The notes under the pieces: model-generated
Told to the model about the DNA's origin: nothing
The model's database searches: none
What the model saw: the letters and a program-made list of their open reading frames with translations, nothing else
Part shown: positions 38,174 through 47,006 of the stretch, in pieces
Numbering within the stretch: the stretch's first letter is position 1
How the letters are laid out: each line of letters opens with the position of its first letter
Made by a program: the position numbers and the translations under genes
IMG/VR virus record: IMGVR_UViG_3300033067_000207
Location: 957 to 64,956 of that record
Source: a virus
Taxonomy: Duplodnaviria; Caudoviricetes
DNA length: 64,000 bases
Strand: one strand, 5' to 3'

Positions 38174-38581
38174 CTATTTCTTGGCCTTGCGGACAGACAC
38201 CGCGTACTTGCTATCTTTGTTTAGACCCATTGGGTACAAGTCCGGATTTTCTTCCAGAAACTCTTTCAAGTTCCCATTGCTTAGCCGCCTTTCTAGTAGG
38301 TGGAACGCGTCGTGTTCCTTTACGAAGTTATACATCGACTCCCAATCAGAGGTCCAATAGCGGGTGTTTACACGCCGTGAGATTGTGCCAGCGGGAGTGC
38401 GAATGCTGTCTGAGCCCAAAGACTGGCAGAGGTCTAACAGTTCTTTCGATACTGCGTCAACCTTGGCCTTGGCTTCGTTGATTACTTTTTCGTATTGTTC
38501 TTCGAGTTCGTTCAGTGTGTCTCTGGCTTGCAAATAAGACAAAACCAGTTGTTCTGCGTTTAATGGTTTATCCTCACTCAT
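38174..38581 (-). CDS. Conserved phage hypothetical protein
   Basis: N-terminal coiled coil, then DSIRTPAGT...DWESMYNFVKEH. Confidence 0.6.
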   Translation of the reverse strand: MSEDKPLNAEQLVLSYLQARDTLNELEEQYEKVINEAKAKVDAVSKELLDLCQSLGSDSIRTPAGTISRRVNTRYWTSDWESMYNFVKEHDAFHLLERRLSNGNLKEFLEENPDLYPMGLNKDSKYAVSVRKAKK

Positions 38582-38582
38582 A

Positions 38583-39032
38583 TTACTCTTTCCATTTTCT
38601 GTTCTGTTTAATAGCACAGACGTGTGTTAGCGATACTCCGTAATAGTCAGCTATATCTTTAAGCGTTCTAGCGTCTGCCCGAATTGCGCGTGCTTTCTCT
38701 ATTGTTAGTTTAGTCGTACGCTGATTACGCGACTGTTCGGCGCGAGTAGCCCACCTACAGTTCTCCGGGCTGTACCCCGCGTTGTTGTTTATGCGATCAA
38801 GACTAGCGCCTTTCGCAGGCTCACCCATATCCGCTAGAAAATTTTCGAACAGCCCCCAGCGGGCACATACACTTATACCCCTTCCACCATAACTAGAGTA
38901 CGCTTTGTGGTTAGGGTTATTACACCGCGCACGCATGGACCTCCACACCCGATACACAGGGGTCATAGAAGTGTTTCCCGCGTGCCCGTGTCTAATGTTG
39001 CGGGGCTTTCGCCCCACTTCCACGTCTGACAT
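38583..39032 (-). CDS. HNH-type homing endonuclease with C-terminal HTH
   Basis: WRSMRARC..P.HKAY..YGGRGISVCARW..FENFLADMGE...SLDRINNNAGYSPENCRWAT. Confidence 0.85.
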   Translation of the reverse strand: MSDVEVGRKPRNIRHGHAGNTSMTPVYRVWRSMRARCNNPNHKAYSSYGGRGISVCARWGLFENFLADMGEPAKGASLDRINNNAGYSPENCRWATRAEQSRNQRTTKLTIEKARAIRADARTLKDIADYYGVSLTHVCAIKQNRKWKE

Positions 39033-39080
39033 GATAATGATCCTGTGTTGTGGACTGACTTTTATGTATCTGTTGACGGA

Positions 39081-39314
39081 CTAACTGTCAATGCCCGGAA
39101 ACGGAACGTGTGGTGGCAAAATGTCGTGTTGCGCGTTAAAAATTTTGAAGGCGTCTAGCTCGTCTTTCGCTGTGTAGTGTGTTCTAAGTATGCTTGGATG
39201 CGGGTACTGAGCAAAGCTTACTTCGTATAGGTTATATCCATTTCTGTCATAGACAATTATACACCGCGCCCTAACAAACCTAAAGACTCTATACCCTGTT
39301 ACGTCGTAGCTCAC
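39081..39314 (-). CDS. Small DEL-motif protein
   Basis: YTAKDELDAFKIF. Confidence 0.65.
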   Translation of the reverse strand: MSYDVTGYRVFRFVRARCIIVYDRNGYNLYEVSFAQYPHPSILRTHYTAKDELDAFKIFNAQHDILPPHVPFPGIDS

Positions 39315-39481
39315 TCTGAACCCTTATATCTCGGTTTTCTACAGGCGGGGCCGTACAAAATCTCTTTGATGCTGCCCACATAGTAATTATATAGGTGCTC
39401 TGACGGGCCGCTTTCTTCCTCTTCTTTGCGTTTCGATGCGCCGCCGCGAATGACTTTACCGGTTTTAGGGTCTAGTTTCAT
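39311..39481 (-). CDS. 56-aa hypothetical protein (not in the ORF track)
   Basis: MKLDPKTGKV...; overlaps both neighbours by 4 nt. Confidence 0.5.
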   Translation of the reverse strand: MKLDPKTGKVIRGGASKRKEEEESGPSEHLYNYYVGSIKEILYGPACRKPRYKGSE

Positions 39482-41034
39482 TTTCCAAGCTCCTGCCTGT
39501 AAAGCTCCACCAGTTTGCCGTGCGTGTCAATATTGTTTTTAAGCATGTCGTAAAGCCTCCGCTCCACTTCGCTACCAACGATATGGACAATGTTCATGTT
39601 ATTTTTCTGTCCGGGCCGGTCAATTCTCGCGTTTAACTGCAAGTAGACCTCCACACTCGTGACTGGAGCGTACCATATAGTGGTGTCTGCTGCGGTCAAT
39701 GTCAAGCCGTGCGAAGCGGCGGCGGGTTGTATAATTAGTACTTTAGTGTCACCGCCATTCTGGAACCGACTAACAATATCAGTTCGTTTGTTGACGTTCA
39801 CAGCACCATTGATAATCTCGGATTTTATTCCTGCCTTGTCGAGTGCTGCCTTAAGTAAATTAATAGTATGTGTAAAAGGTACGGCGACAATAACTTTATT
39901 AGACGACTCTTCGATGGCCTCAAGCACGACGTTAAGGCGGTTACTAACGTCAAACTCTACAGTAGCTCCAGTATCCGTATAGACCGCACCCCCTGAAATC
40001 TGGAGGAGTTTGTTTAGGTTCGCAGCCGCATTCACAGAAGTAATCTGCTCGCCAGCCGCGTTGGTAATCATCTTTTGTTTCAAGTCTTTGTAGTACTTGG
40101 TCTGCATCGCCGTAAGCGGCGCTTCGCGCTCTGTATGAAGCACGGGCGGCAAATCCAAACACTGTCGCTTCTCAAACCTCACCGCAGGCTTAAGCATCTT
40201 GTGGATAATGTCGGTGGCCCCTTCGCGCGGAACCCACTTATACTGGGTGACGCGGTACATGATCTTATCCCTAAACTGCGAGAAAGACCGTGGCGAGTTC
40301 TGGGGATTAACCAGCTTAGCCAAGCCGTAGGCGTCAAGAGGGGACTGCGCTGCCGGTGTGCCGGTCAGCATCCAGAGGTAAGGGATTTTATCGGAGAGTT
40401 CCTTGAAAACTTTCCAGCGGTTAGTGCTAACTGTCTTATATGCAGTAGCTTCGTCTACAACAACCAAATCAAAGTTTCCTGCGGCTAGAGTATCCTTAAC
40501 GATTTCTACACCGTCGTAATTAATAATTACGTACTCGGAACCTTCTTCGATGATTTTCTTGCGTTGCTTGGCGTCACCATGCGCAACAGATACACTACGG
40601 TGCATAGCGAAGCGGAACAAATCTTGCTGCCATGCCGACTTCATAATGGACAACGGGCACAGCACTAGGACCCGCTTAACGAGTCCCAAATTCATAAGAT
40701 AATCAGCGGCCCAGATTACGCTCGCCGTTTTGCCCGTACCGGCTTCTGAGAAGCAGAACGCTTTCTTTCGAATAGATAAAAAACTGGAACTTTCTCTTTG
40801 GTGTTTGAAGGGGGTAAATCTTCCGGACCATTGGTAGTCTCGTAAAATTGGCGACGGCACATTTGCTTCTGGCTCCAAACTTACTAGCGCTTGTGCGTTA
40901 GCAAATGTCCACTTTACCAGAACTTCACCTTCTCCTACAAGGGCGCTAGTTTGTATCGTAGACAAAATTTTATCTGGGTCATCAGTTTTTACTAATAACC
41001 CCTTGTTTTCAATAATTTCAATAGATGTAATCAC
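39478..41034 (-). CDS. SNF2-family (SF2) helicase
   Basis: SEAGTGKT, VVVDEAT, LTGTP, QLNARIDRPGQ; probable GTG start at 41034. Confidence 0.9.
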   Translation of the reverse strand: MITSIEIIENKGLLVKTDDPDKILSTIQTSALVGEGEVLVKWTFANAQALVSLEPEANVPSPILRDYQWSGRFTPFKHQRESSSFLSIRKKAFCFSEAGTGKTASVIWAADYLMNLGLVKRVLVLCPLSIMKSAWQQDLFRFAMHRSVSVAHGDAKQRKKIIEEGSEYVIINYDGVEIVKDTLAAGNFDLVVVDEATAYKTVSTNRWKVFKELSDKIPYLWMLTGTPAAQSPLDAYGLAKLVNPQNSPRSFSQFRDKIMYRVTQYKWVPREGATDIIHKMLKPAVRFEKRQCLDLPPVLHTEREAPLTAMQTKYYKDLKQKMITNAAGEQITSVNAAANLNKLLQISGGAVYTDTGATVEFDVSNRLNVVLEAIEESSNKVIVAVPFTHTINLLKAALDKAGIKSEIINGAVNVNKRTDIVSRFQNGGDTKVLIIQPAAASHGLTLTAADTTIWYAPVTSVEVYLQLNARIDRPGQKNNMNIVHIVGSEVERRLYDMLKNNIDTHGKLVELYRQELGK

Positions 41035-41492
41035 GTTTTTACCCGCTTGAAAAACAGTGGTTTGATCGCGTCTTCGGGCGACCAGCCTAAATCTAGTCTG
41101 CGCCGTACTACCCTTAGGCTTATGTTGTGTGCGGCGGCCCACGAGGCGGTTGTGTCTGTTCGCCCATTAATCGTAAGGTAGGTAGTCGCCCGCGTGTTGT
41201 TCATTTGCTGGGCTTTACTAGCCCATCGGCAATTACTAGGCTCGTAGCCTCTACTGTTGTCTATACGGTCTAGTGAATAACCATCCGGGCAGCGTCCCAT
41301 ATCCAACAGAAAATTATCAAATTTTAACCATCTTTCACATATAGTGATACCCCTCCCGCCGTAATACGCATAATTTTCGTTGGTAGTGTTTAGACATCGC
41401 GCTTTAGCGGCTCGCCAAGAATTATATTCTCGGCTACATTTTTTACCATTTACTACACCAGCGTGACCGTGTTTTAGCGCGTTTAAGCTCAT
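41031..41492 (-). CDS. HNH-type homing endonuclease
   Basis: YYGGRGITICERW..FDNFLLDMG...SLDRIDNSRGYEPSNCRWA. Confidence 0.85.
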   Translation of the reverse strand: MSLNALKHGHAGVVNGKKCSREYNSWRAAKARCLNTTNENYAYYGGRGITICERWLKFDNFLLDMGRCPDGYSLDRIDNSRGYEPSNCRWASKAQQMNNTRATTYLTINGRTDTTASWAAAHNISLRVVRRRLDLGWSPEDAIKPLFFKRVKT

Positions 41493-41788
41493 TATTTCTT
41501 TTTCCGCTCGCGCTTGGAAGTTTCGCTCACAAGATTGTGCTTGCTGTCGCGCTTGAAACTTCTATTAGCACCCGCGTCTTGTACGAAGGTGCCTTTGTTG
41601 TTGCCCGGGGCCTTATCCAGAGCCTCACGGTGGGCTAGGTCCTTACCGTCACCCTTGGTCACCTTACCCGCACGCATGGCCTCACGGCGCGCCTTATTGC
41701 GCGCTACACGGTTCGCCACTTGCTGCGGATCAGACTCATACTGCGCGGCCCTGTCGTATTTACGGTCTTTTGGGTTTTTGTACGGCAT
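41492..41788 (-). CDS. Basic hypothetical protein, possibly degenerate HNH
   Basis: RVARNKARR...GDGKDLAH...NRSF. Confidence 0.55.
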   Translation of the reverse strand: MPYKNPKDRKYDRAAQYESDPQQVANRVARNKARREAMRAGKVTKGDGKDLAHREALDKAPGNNKGTFVQDAGANRSFKRDSKHNLVSETSKRERKKK

Positions 41789-41939
41789 CGTAATACTCCA
41801 CTAAAAACTTATATGAGCGCCGGACGTGGTCTAGCTGTTGTGCGTCTACAGAACCTTTTACGCCGCCCTTAAGATACCTAAGCCAAGCGTCAAGGAATAT
41901 ATCATCTGGTTCCGCTGGTATAGATACCTTTTTCTTCAT
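41760..41939 (-). CDS. 59-aa hypothetical protein (not in the ORF track)
   Basis: MKKKVSIPAEPDDIFLDAWLRYL...; ATGA overlap with the upstream gene. Confidence 0.45.
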   Translation of the reverse strand: MKKKVSIPAEPDDIFLDAWLRYLKGGVKGSVDAQQLDHVRRSYKFLVEYYDAVQKPKRP

Positions 41940-42139
41940 CGCCCGCCAACCCCGTGCTGCTGTAGCGCCAGAGCTATTTCACTTTGGATATAGCTTTTTA
42001 GGTAAGCACGAAAGTGTGTATCAAACTGAGAATTACACGCCCCGTTCAAAGCGGCGCAAATATTATTCATAATCAAATTGTGTACATCTTCATGCAGCTT
42101 CACCATAGCGGCGGCTGCGTCTTTTTCGTCTTCGGTCAT
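41936..42139 (-). CDS. Small protein, MTEDEKD paralog B
   Basis: First 17 aa identical to the adjacent ORF. Confidence 0.7.
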   Translation of the reverse strand: MTEDEKDAAAAMVKLHEDVHNLIMNNICAALNGACNSQFDTHFRAYLKSYIQSEIALALQQHGVGGR

Positions 42140-42408
42140 TTATATCTCCGCAAGTAATACCTATCGTTGCTTTCTTGGATTATTTTTTGCGCCGCCGACT
42201 CAACTTCATGCCGCACACACGCAACTATTTCATCTCGGATAGAGTTTATAAAACTGCGGTATATAGTATGTTGGTTTTGGTGAATAATGTGATCCATAGG
42301 CCCGTACGGGTCGGCCAAAAAATTAAACACAATATCCTTAACTAGGGCCTCAACGTTTTCATGCAGCTTCACCATAGCCGCTGCGGCGTCTTTCTCGTCT
42401 TCTGTCAT
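42136..42408 (-). CDS. Small protein, MTEDEKD paralog A
   Basis: Starts MTEDEKDAAAAMVKLHE. Confidence 0.7.
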   Translation of the reverse strand: MTEDEKDAAAAMVKLHENVEALVKDIVFNFLADPYGPMDHIIHQNQHTIYRSFINSIRDEIVACVRHEVESAAQKIIQESNDRYYLRRYK

Positions 42409-43034
42409 TGGTAACTTTTCCTTTTTCTGGGGCTGTATTTTCTTTTTCTTTCTTTTCTAGAACCATCAGTATTGAATGTTCTAGATGTACCGTTAGCCAT
42501 TGCGTACAACACAATACTACGATTGGCTTGTTGTTTGTTCTTAGGCACCCACCTGCAATTGTCTTTAAAATATCCTAAATCATTGTTTATGCGATCTATA
42601 GATCCGTTTGGCATAGGGCACTCGCCCATGTCCGCAAGGAAGGATTCGAAACTTTCTTTCCATGCCGCACAAACCGTAATTCCGCGCCCGCCGTAACGCT
42701 TGTAAGCCGGGTGTTTTTCATAGTAGCATCGCTTTTTCATGGCGATCCACACAGAAAATTCAAACGTGTTTGTCCGACCATGAGTTATATTAGCTTGCCC
42801 GCGCGTGGCGAACGCCGTACACCCGCAATCTTTTTGCGCCCCGCTAGTAAATTGCCATGCACGCATGGAGCGTGAAACACCACACGAGCAATTAACAATC
42901 CAGTATCTCGGTCGATCTAGGTCACGCGACTCAACTATCAACGAATTAAATTTTTGTCCGGTTAAATCTTTCGGTGGTCTCGGCACTATCGACTCCTTAG
43001 CCCGTTGTGTGGGCACGACAAAACCGGACACCAT
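42405..43034 (-). CDS. HNH-type homing endonuclease
   Basis: CSCG..., YGGRGITVCAAW..SFESFLADMGE...SIDRINNDLGYFKDNCRW. Confidence 0.85.
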   Translation of the reverse strand: MVSGFVVPTQRAKESIVPRPPKDLTGQKFNSLIVESRDLDRPRYWIVNCSCGVSRSMRAWQFTSGAQKDCGCTAFATRGQANITHGRTNTFEFSVWIAMKKRCYYEKHPAYKRYGGRGITVCAAWKESFESFLADMGECPMPNGSIDRINNDLGYFKDNCRWVPKNKQQANRSIVLYAMANGTSRTFNTDGSRKERKRKYSPRKRKSYQ

Positions 43035-43663
43035 TTTTTACACAGACCGCTCGGGTTCGCGTTCCAAACTCCGTTTTCCATGGCCGCCTCTAGCCGGTCT
43101 ACGTATGGGGCAAAAGCGTCTAGATAACTGTTCGTGTGTTCGCGGTAGTGTTTCTTTTTTAGGATGTCATCCGCGACTACAAACATAAGCGCGGAATTTA
43201 TGGTGTCAACCTCGGGGAAGTGAGTAAAAACCGCCGCAGCCACAGCATTTAGCTGTGCCATATCCGCGTATTTAGAACTCTTTCCCGTTTTATAGTCAAT
43301 AGACCACGCGCGACTACCATCTATAACAACTAGGTCTGCTATACCTCTATAGTAGGCGTCTTTAGCAAAAAAGTCACAGGCGGCGTAGCCAGTATCCGTC
43401 TTAGACACGCCTAGTTTAACTTCACAATGCTTAATGCCGGGTAGTTCAGAAAGAGGTTCCGCGTATTTCCTAAGATATTCATACCCAGGCGGAATATCTA
43501 CGCCATCTCGTATGTAGTCTTCTAGAGTTTTATGAATTAACTGACCGTACATAGTCGCGGTGCTGCCAGCATCGACGTAATCTTTTTTTACCTTCAAGTG
43601 GTAGTATTTTTTTGGGCATTGCTTATACAAAGAGATACTGCTGTAGGACCAAGTTACTGCCAT
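42986..43663 (-). CDS. PD-(D/E)XK (Cas4/RecB-like) exonuclease
   Basis: SYSSISLYKQCP, GIADLVVI...IDYKTGKS, terminal CKKWCP..SC. Confidence 0.85.
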   Translation of the reverse strand: MAVTWSYSSISLYKQCPKKYYHLKVKKDYVDAGSTATMYGQLIHKTLEDYIRDGVDIPPGYEYLRKYAEPLSELPGIKHCEVKLGVSKTDTGYAACDFFAKDAYYRGIADLVVIDGSRAWSIDYKTGKSSKYADMAQLNAVAAAVFTHFPEVDTINSALMFVVADDILKKKHYREHTNSYLDAFAPYVDRLEAAMENGVWNANPSGLCKKWCPVLSCPHNGLRSR

Positions 43664-43722
43664 TATATACTCCTAGATTTCTTCGCGGCGTACAGACGTT
43701 TTTTATACACTACCCCTAGCCA

Positions 43723-44052
43723 CTATCCAACTTTTTTCTCAGTACCTAACTCAGTATGTTCAAGGCAGTATGGCTTTCGTTCGCGCACAACAGGCTTAGC
43801 GCAGAACCCGAACCCCGGTTTCTTTGGGTCACCGAGCGGCCATTTACATTCGTTCTTGTCAAGGTTTTCTAGCTGCTTAATAGCATCACCTTTTTTCTGG
43901 GAACTGTCACGAGGGGGCAAGCCCATACGCCGGATTTTTGACCTTGTGGCCGTCTCAGAGAACCCAAGCTCAGCCGCAATGTCTTTAAGCGGGGTGTTCC
44001 CCGCCCACAGATTACGAAGTTTCGTTTCTTTGAATTTGTCCCACTCGCTCAT
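43723..44052 (-). CDS. gcrA: GcrA-like cell-cycle regulator homolog
   Basis: N-terminal LRNLWAGNTPLKDIAAELG.SETATRSKIRRMGL and C-terminal LENLDKNECKWPLGDP...FGFCAKPV...KPYCLEH reproduce both GcrA blocks. Confidence 0.8.
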   Translation of the reverse strand: MSEWDKFKETKLRNLWAGNTPLKDIAAELGFSETATRSKIRRMGLPPRDSSQKKGDAIKQLENLDKNECKWPLGDPKKPGFGFCAKPVVRERKPYCLEHTELGTEKKVG

Positions 44053-44617
44053 TTTGTTTCTTTCTATATTCTCTGGCGCGCTTGGCGTTATCAGCGCGGC
44101 AATCTGTGCACCGGCATTTGTGTGTGTCATACATTTGTTTTGTTCCGTGTGTGGGTTGTTTGCGTATAGACCCGGCACGTGCAGCTTTATCTGGTGACAT
44201 GCGCTCTAAACGCTTACTAAATCCGGACGGACGTAAACCAAGTTTTTTATCCCATTCCGATAAAGTCATGGTTACTCCGTTTGCGGTCACACGGCGATTA
44301 GTGCGTTTGTTGTTCTGTTGAACTTCCCAACTTACCCACCTACAATTTTTCGTCGTGTAGTTACTGTTATAGTCTACGCGATCTAGAGTGAGGCCATTTG
44401 GACACGCGCCCATACTAGCGAAAAAAGCGTCGTAGGATTTCCACTCTCGGTCGTAGGCTATGCCCCGACCGCCGTAGTTATGATATGCCGGATTTTTTGG
44501 GTTGTCGCACCTACTACGCATAGAACGCCACGCATAATAGGTGCGGGTGCCCGAAGGGTTATTCCATTTTTGCCTCTTTTTTCGCACCGCCAATGCCTTC
44601 CTCTTCCATATAGTCAA
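44012..44617 (-). CDS. HNH-type homing endonuclease
   Basis: WRSMRSRCDNP.NPAYHNYGGRGI...LTLDRVD.NSNY...NCRW. Confidence 0.85.
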   Translation of the reverse strand: MTIWKRKALAVRKKRQKWNNPSGTRTYYAWRSMRSRCDNPKNPAYHNYGGRGIAYDREWKSYDAFFASMGACPNGLTLDRVDYNSNYTTKNCRWVSWEVQQNNKRTNRRVTANGVTMTLSEWDKKLGLRPSGFSKRLERMSPDKAARAGSIRKQPTHGTKQMYDTHKCRCTDCRADNAKRAREYRKKQNERVGQIQRNETS

Positions 44618-44855
44618 CTATTAACTTAGCGTAGCCCATAATGTCAATAGCCGAATCTCTATATGTCCAATCTCCGGTCAACATTCGGCTCAGCTTGATC
44701 GCAATCGTTTCAATCGCTTCCCGGTGTACGTCAGGCAGTACAGCCCAGTTAGGCATAGTGCGAAGCAGACGCTTAATAGCTTGAGCATTAGCCGCTTGGT
44801 ATTTGAAATCCCCATACGTCTGACCGCGCTCTTCTAGAAGTTGATTAACGTCCAT
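44559..44855 (-). CDS. DUF6378-like protein
   Basis: LLEERGQTYGDF...IAIKLSRMLTGD...DSAIDIMGYA. Confidence 0.65.
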   Translation of the reverse strand: MDVNQLLEERGQTYGDFKYQAANAQAIKRLLRTMPNWAVLPDVHREAIETIAIKLSRMLTGDWTYRDSAIDIMGYAKLIVDYMEEEGIGGAKKEAKME

Positions 44856-45054
44856 TTTTACTGTCTTCCTCTTTTTGTTTTTCCAAGATATGCGCAACGG
44901 CGGCTTCCGCGATAGGAATAAAAGAAACCGAGTCATACTTACTTCTGCGGTGAATAAGCTCTTTTTTATATGCGTTAGCCATGCACACAGCCAAATCACG
45001 CAGGAACTCAGCGTACTCAATATTTGGCCTAAATTTTTCCAGAACATTACTCAT
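44845..45054 (-). CDS. Hypothetical protein
   Basis: 69 aa in the operon. Confidence 0.5.
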   Translation of the reverse strand: MSNVLEKFRPNIEYAEFLRDLAVCMANAYKKELIHRRSKYDSVSFIPIAEAAVAHILEKQKEEDSKNGR

Positions 45055-45060
45055 ACTAAT

Positions 45061-45831
45061 TTACACCAAATTCAACCCAGCTTTAACAACACTTCCCGTA
45101 AACACGTGCGTGCCGACATGCTCAAGTGGGATAAACGGGTTAGCGTAGACCTTCCCGCCCTGTTCACGCCACTTTTCACAGAAGTGATAATCCTCTGACA
45201 GATATGCCCCAGACTTGTCAATACTAAGGGAAAAATAATCATGCATAAGAGGTTCGGCGTACTCCCCCGTCTCCGGGTCTCGGTAGGTATTAACTCGGAA
45301 TGTAGGCGTGCTCGGCTGCAACTTTAAGAAGACTTCCCGCTTGATAAGCATAAAGCCGGTCCCGCCGTGCCGTACCTCGAATACGCCGCCATCATCAGTC
45401 TGTGTCTCTTGGTGGGCCGGATTAACTACAAAGACGCCAGAATATTCCGGCAGTTCTTCTTTAGTTTTCCCCTCCAACACCGCCTCGTGGATACGTTTCC
45501 AAGAGATTTCCTTCTTTGAGTAGAGGCCGCACGTAATATCTTTATCCGCCAGCATGAGTACGGGCACCGCTTCCGGTGGGAACCCAATGTCCGCGTCGAT
45601 GAACATTAAGTAATCATAACCATTCTGGATAAAGAAGTGTGCAAGCGTGTTGCGCGCTCGGGTAATAAGGCTCTCATTAGCGCGGTACGACCAGAACACA
45701 TTCACGCCCATTTGCTGTAGCTTAAGAATGGTCTGGATAACGCCATGTACATAGTTAGCTTTACAGTCGCCGTTGTACATCGGCGTAGCAATCATTACTG
45801 ACTTGCCCTTAAGGTCTTCAGGCTTCAACAT
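45061..45831 (-). CDS. GT-A fold glycosyltransferase-like protein
   Basis: IATPMY, ESLITRARN, YLMFIDADI, GTGFMLIKREVF, LSEDYHFC, LEHVG. Confidence 0.8.
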   Translation of the reverse strand: MLKPEDLKGKSVMIATPMYNGDCKANYVHGVIQTILKLQQMGVNVFWSYRANESLITRARNTLAHFFIQNGYDYLMFIDADIGFPPEAVPVLMLADKDITCGLYSKKEISWKRIHEAVLEGKTKEELPEYSGVFVVNPAHQETQTDDGGVFEVRHGGTGFMLIKREVFLKLQPSTPTFRVNTYRDPETGEYAEPLMHDYFSLSIDKSGAYLSEDYHFCEKWREQGGKVYANPFIPLEHVGTHVFTGSVVKAGLNLV

Positions 45832-45859
45832 TACTTAATCCTCAATATTTTTCCAAGTT

Positions 45860-46474
45860 TTATGTTGTTTGACGTTGTATATTTTGCTTTACTAGACCTA
45901 TCTGATACCCAATACCCATCACGTTTAGGCTTTCAGCGTATATGTTAACAAAAGCATCAACCGCAATTTTTGGGCGGTGTAATATATCTCTCGGATTACC
46001 CCAGCCACAATAATCATCACAAACCATAACGCCGCCTACACCTAAAAGTTGCCAAGCCATGCACAGATCAGTCAAAACATCCGGTGCGGTGTGCGACCCG
46101 TCAACATAGATAAAGTCAAACTTGGAGCCGCGCCGGATATGTTCGGCGAGCCAAGCAACGGACGTGCCTTTTTGTTTTGTAACATTGTTACGCCCGGCGA
46201 TATTAGTCTGTAGCACATTCATATTGGCGTCAAACGTAGCCTCAACGCCATCTACGACACCCATTTCTTTATGTTCTTCGCCGCCTTCCCACGTATCAAT
46301 GCAACAGATTTCTCCACCGTCTTGAAGTAGGTTCTCGGAAAACCACACAGTAGACCGCCCTTCGTAGGAACCAATCTCCAGTATGCGTTTCGGTTGCCCG
46401 AAGTTTGTTTTAATTTGTTCCATGAACGGGATAGCCCGGTCAAACCAGTCTTGAGTCCAAGTGTAATTACTCAT
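45860..46474 (-). CDS. Class I SAM-dependent methyltransferase (Methyltransf_24-like)
   Basis: ILEIGSYEGRS, CIDTWEG, FDFIYVDGSH, GGVMVCDDY. Confidence 0.85.
   Translation of the reverse strand: MSNYTWTQDWFDRAIPFMEQIKTNFGQPKRILEIGSYEGRSTVWFSENLLQDGGEICCIDTWEGGEEHKEMGVVDGVEATFDANMNVLQTNIAGRNNVTKQKGTSVAWLAEHIRRGSKFDFIYVDGSHTAPDVLTDLCMAWQLLGVGGVMVCDDYCGWGNPRDILHRPKIAVDAFVNIYAESLNVMGIGYQIGLVKQNIQRQTT
46179..46191. promoter_or_regulatory. Palindrome GTAACA-N-TGTTAC, copy 1 (intragenic)
   Basis: GTAACATTGTTAC. Confidence 0.6.
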
Positions 46475-46475
46475 T

Positions 46476-47006
46476 CTATTTCTTACCCTTTTTAGTGTAC
46501 CGGTTGATAAAACCTTTTATATATTCTTGAGTGAAAGAGTTACTCGGTTCGTTTGGTGATTGAAAATAATTTCGCGACCCTACGTGGTAACCATATGGTT
46601 GGTTAGCTTGTTGTGCTAGTGCTTGTTGTGCTTGTTGTGCTTGTTGTGCTTGTTGTGCTTGTTGTGCTTGTTGTGCTTGTCGTGCTTGTCGTGCTAGTGA
46701 GTGTTGTGTCAACCTCGCTTTTTTGTGTGCTTCCGCCTCCGCCTCCGCCTTTGCGCGGCGTTCTGGACCGTCAGCAAGCTCTGACATTAGTACGCCCAAG
46801 AACCGGTCTTCGTTCAGCCTTGATGCCGCGTCTTCGAAAGCTTTTTTGTCGGTAGCACTTAAGAAGTAATAAAACTGTCTCCAAGCATCACACCACCGGC
46901 CACCGTCAATGTGTAAAGCACCATCTTGCCCGCGAGCAAAAGAAAACTCGCCCGGGTGTTCCTCCATCCTATCAATAAGAAACTGCACCCCTTTATTGAT
47001 ACTCAT
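46476..47006 (-). CDS. Hypothetical protein with AQQ repeats
   Basis: ARQARQ(AQQ)5. Confidence 0.65.
   Translation of the reverse strand: MSINKGVQFLIDRMEEHPGEFSFARGQDGALHIDGGRWCDAWRQFYYFLSATDKKAFEDAASRLNEDRFLGVLMSELADGPERRAKAEAEAEAHKKARLTQHSLARQARQAQQAQQAQQAQQAQQAQQALAQQANQPYGYHVGSRNYFQSPNEPSNSFTQEYIKGFINRYTKKGKK
46609..46696 (-). repeat. 9-bp tandem repeat (GCACAACAA)n, coding
   Basis: Directly visible in the sequence. Confidence 0.9.

Noticed and set aside
42986-43663. Cas4 of a CRISPR system
   Set aside because: It is a stand-alone PD-(D/E)XK nuclease typical of phage replication modules, with no array or other cas genes.
38583-44617. Group I introns or inteins hosting the HNH genes
   Set aside because: The flanking genes appear complete and unrelated to each other, there is no room for intron core sequence, and no intein termini were seen.
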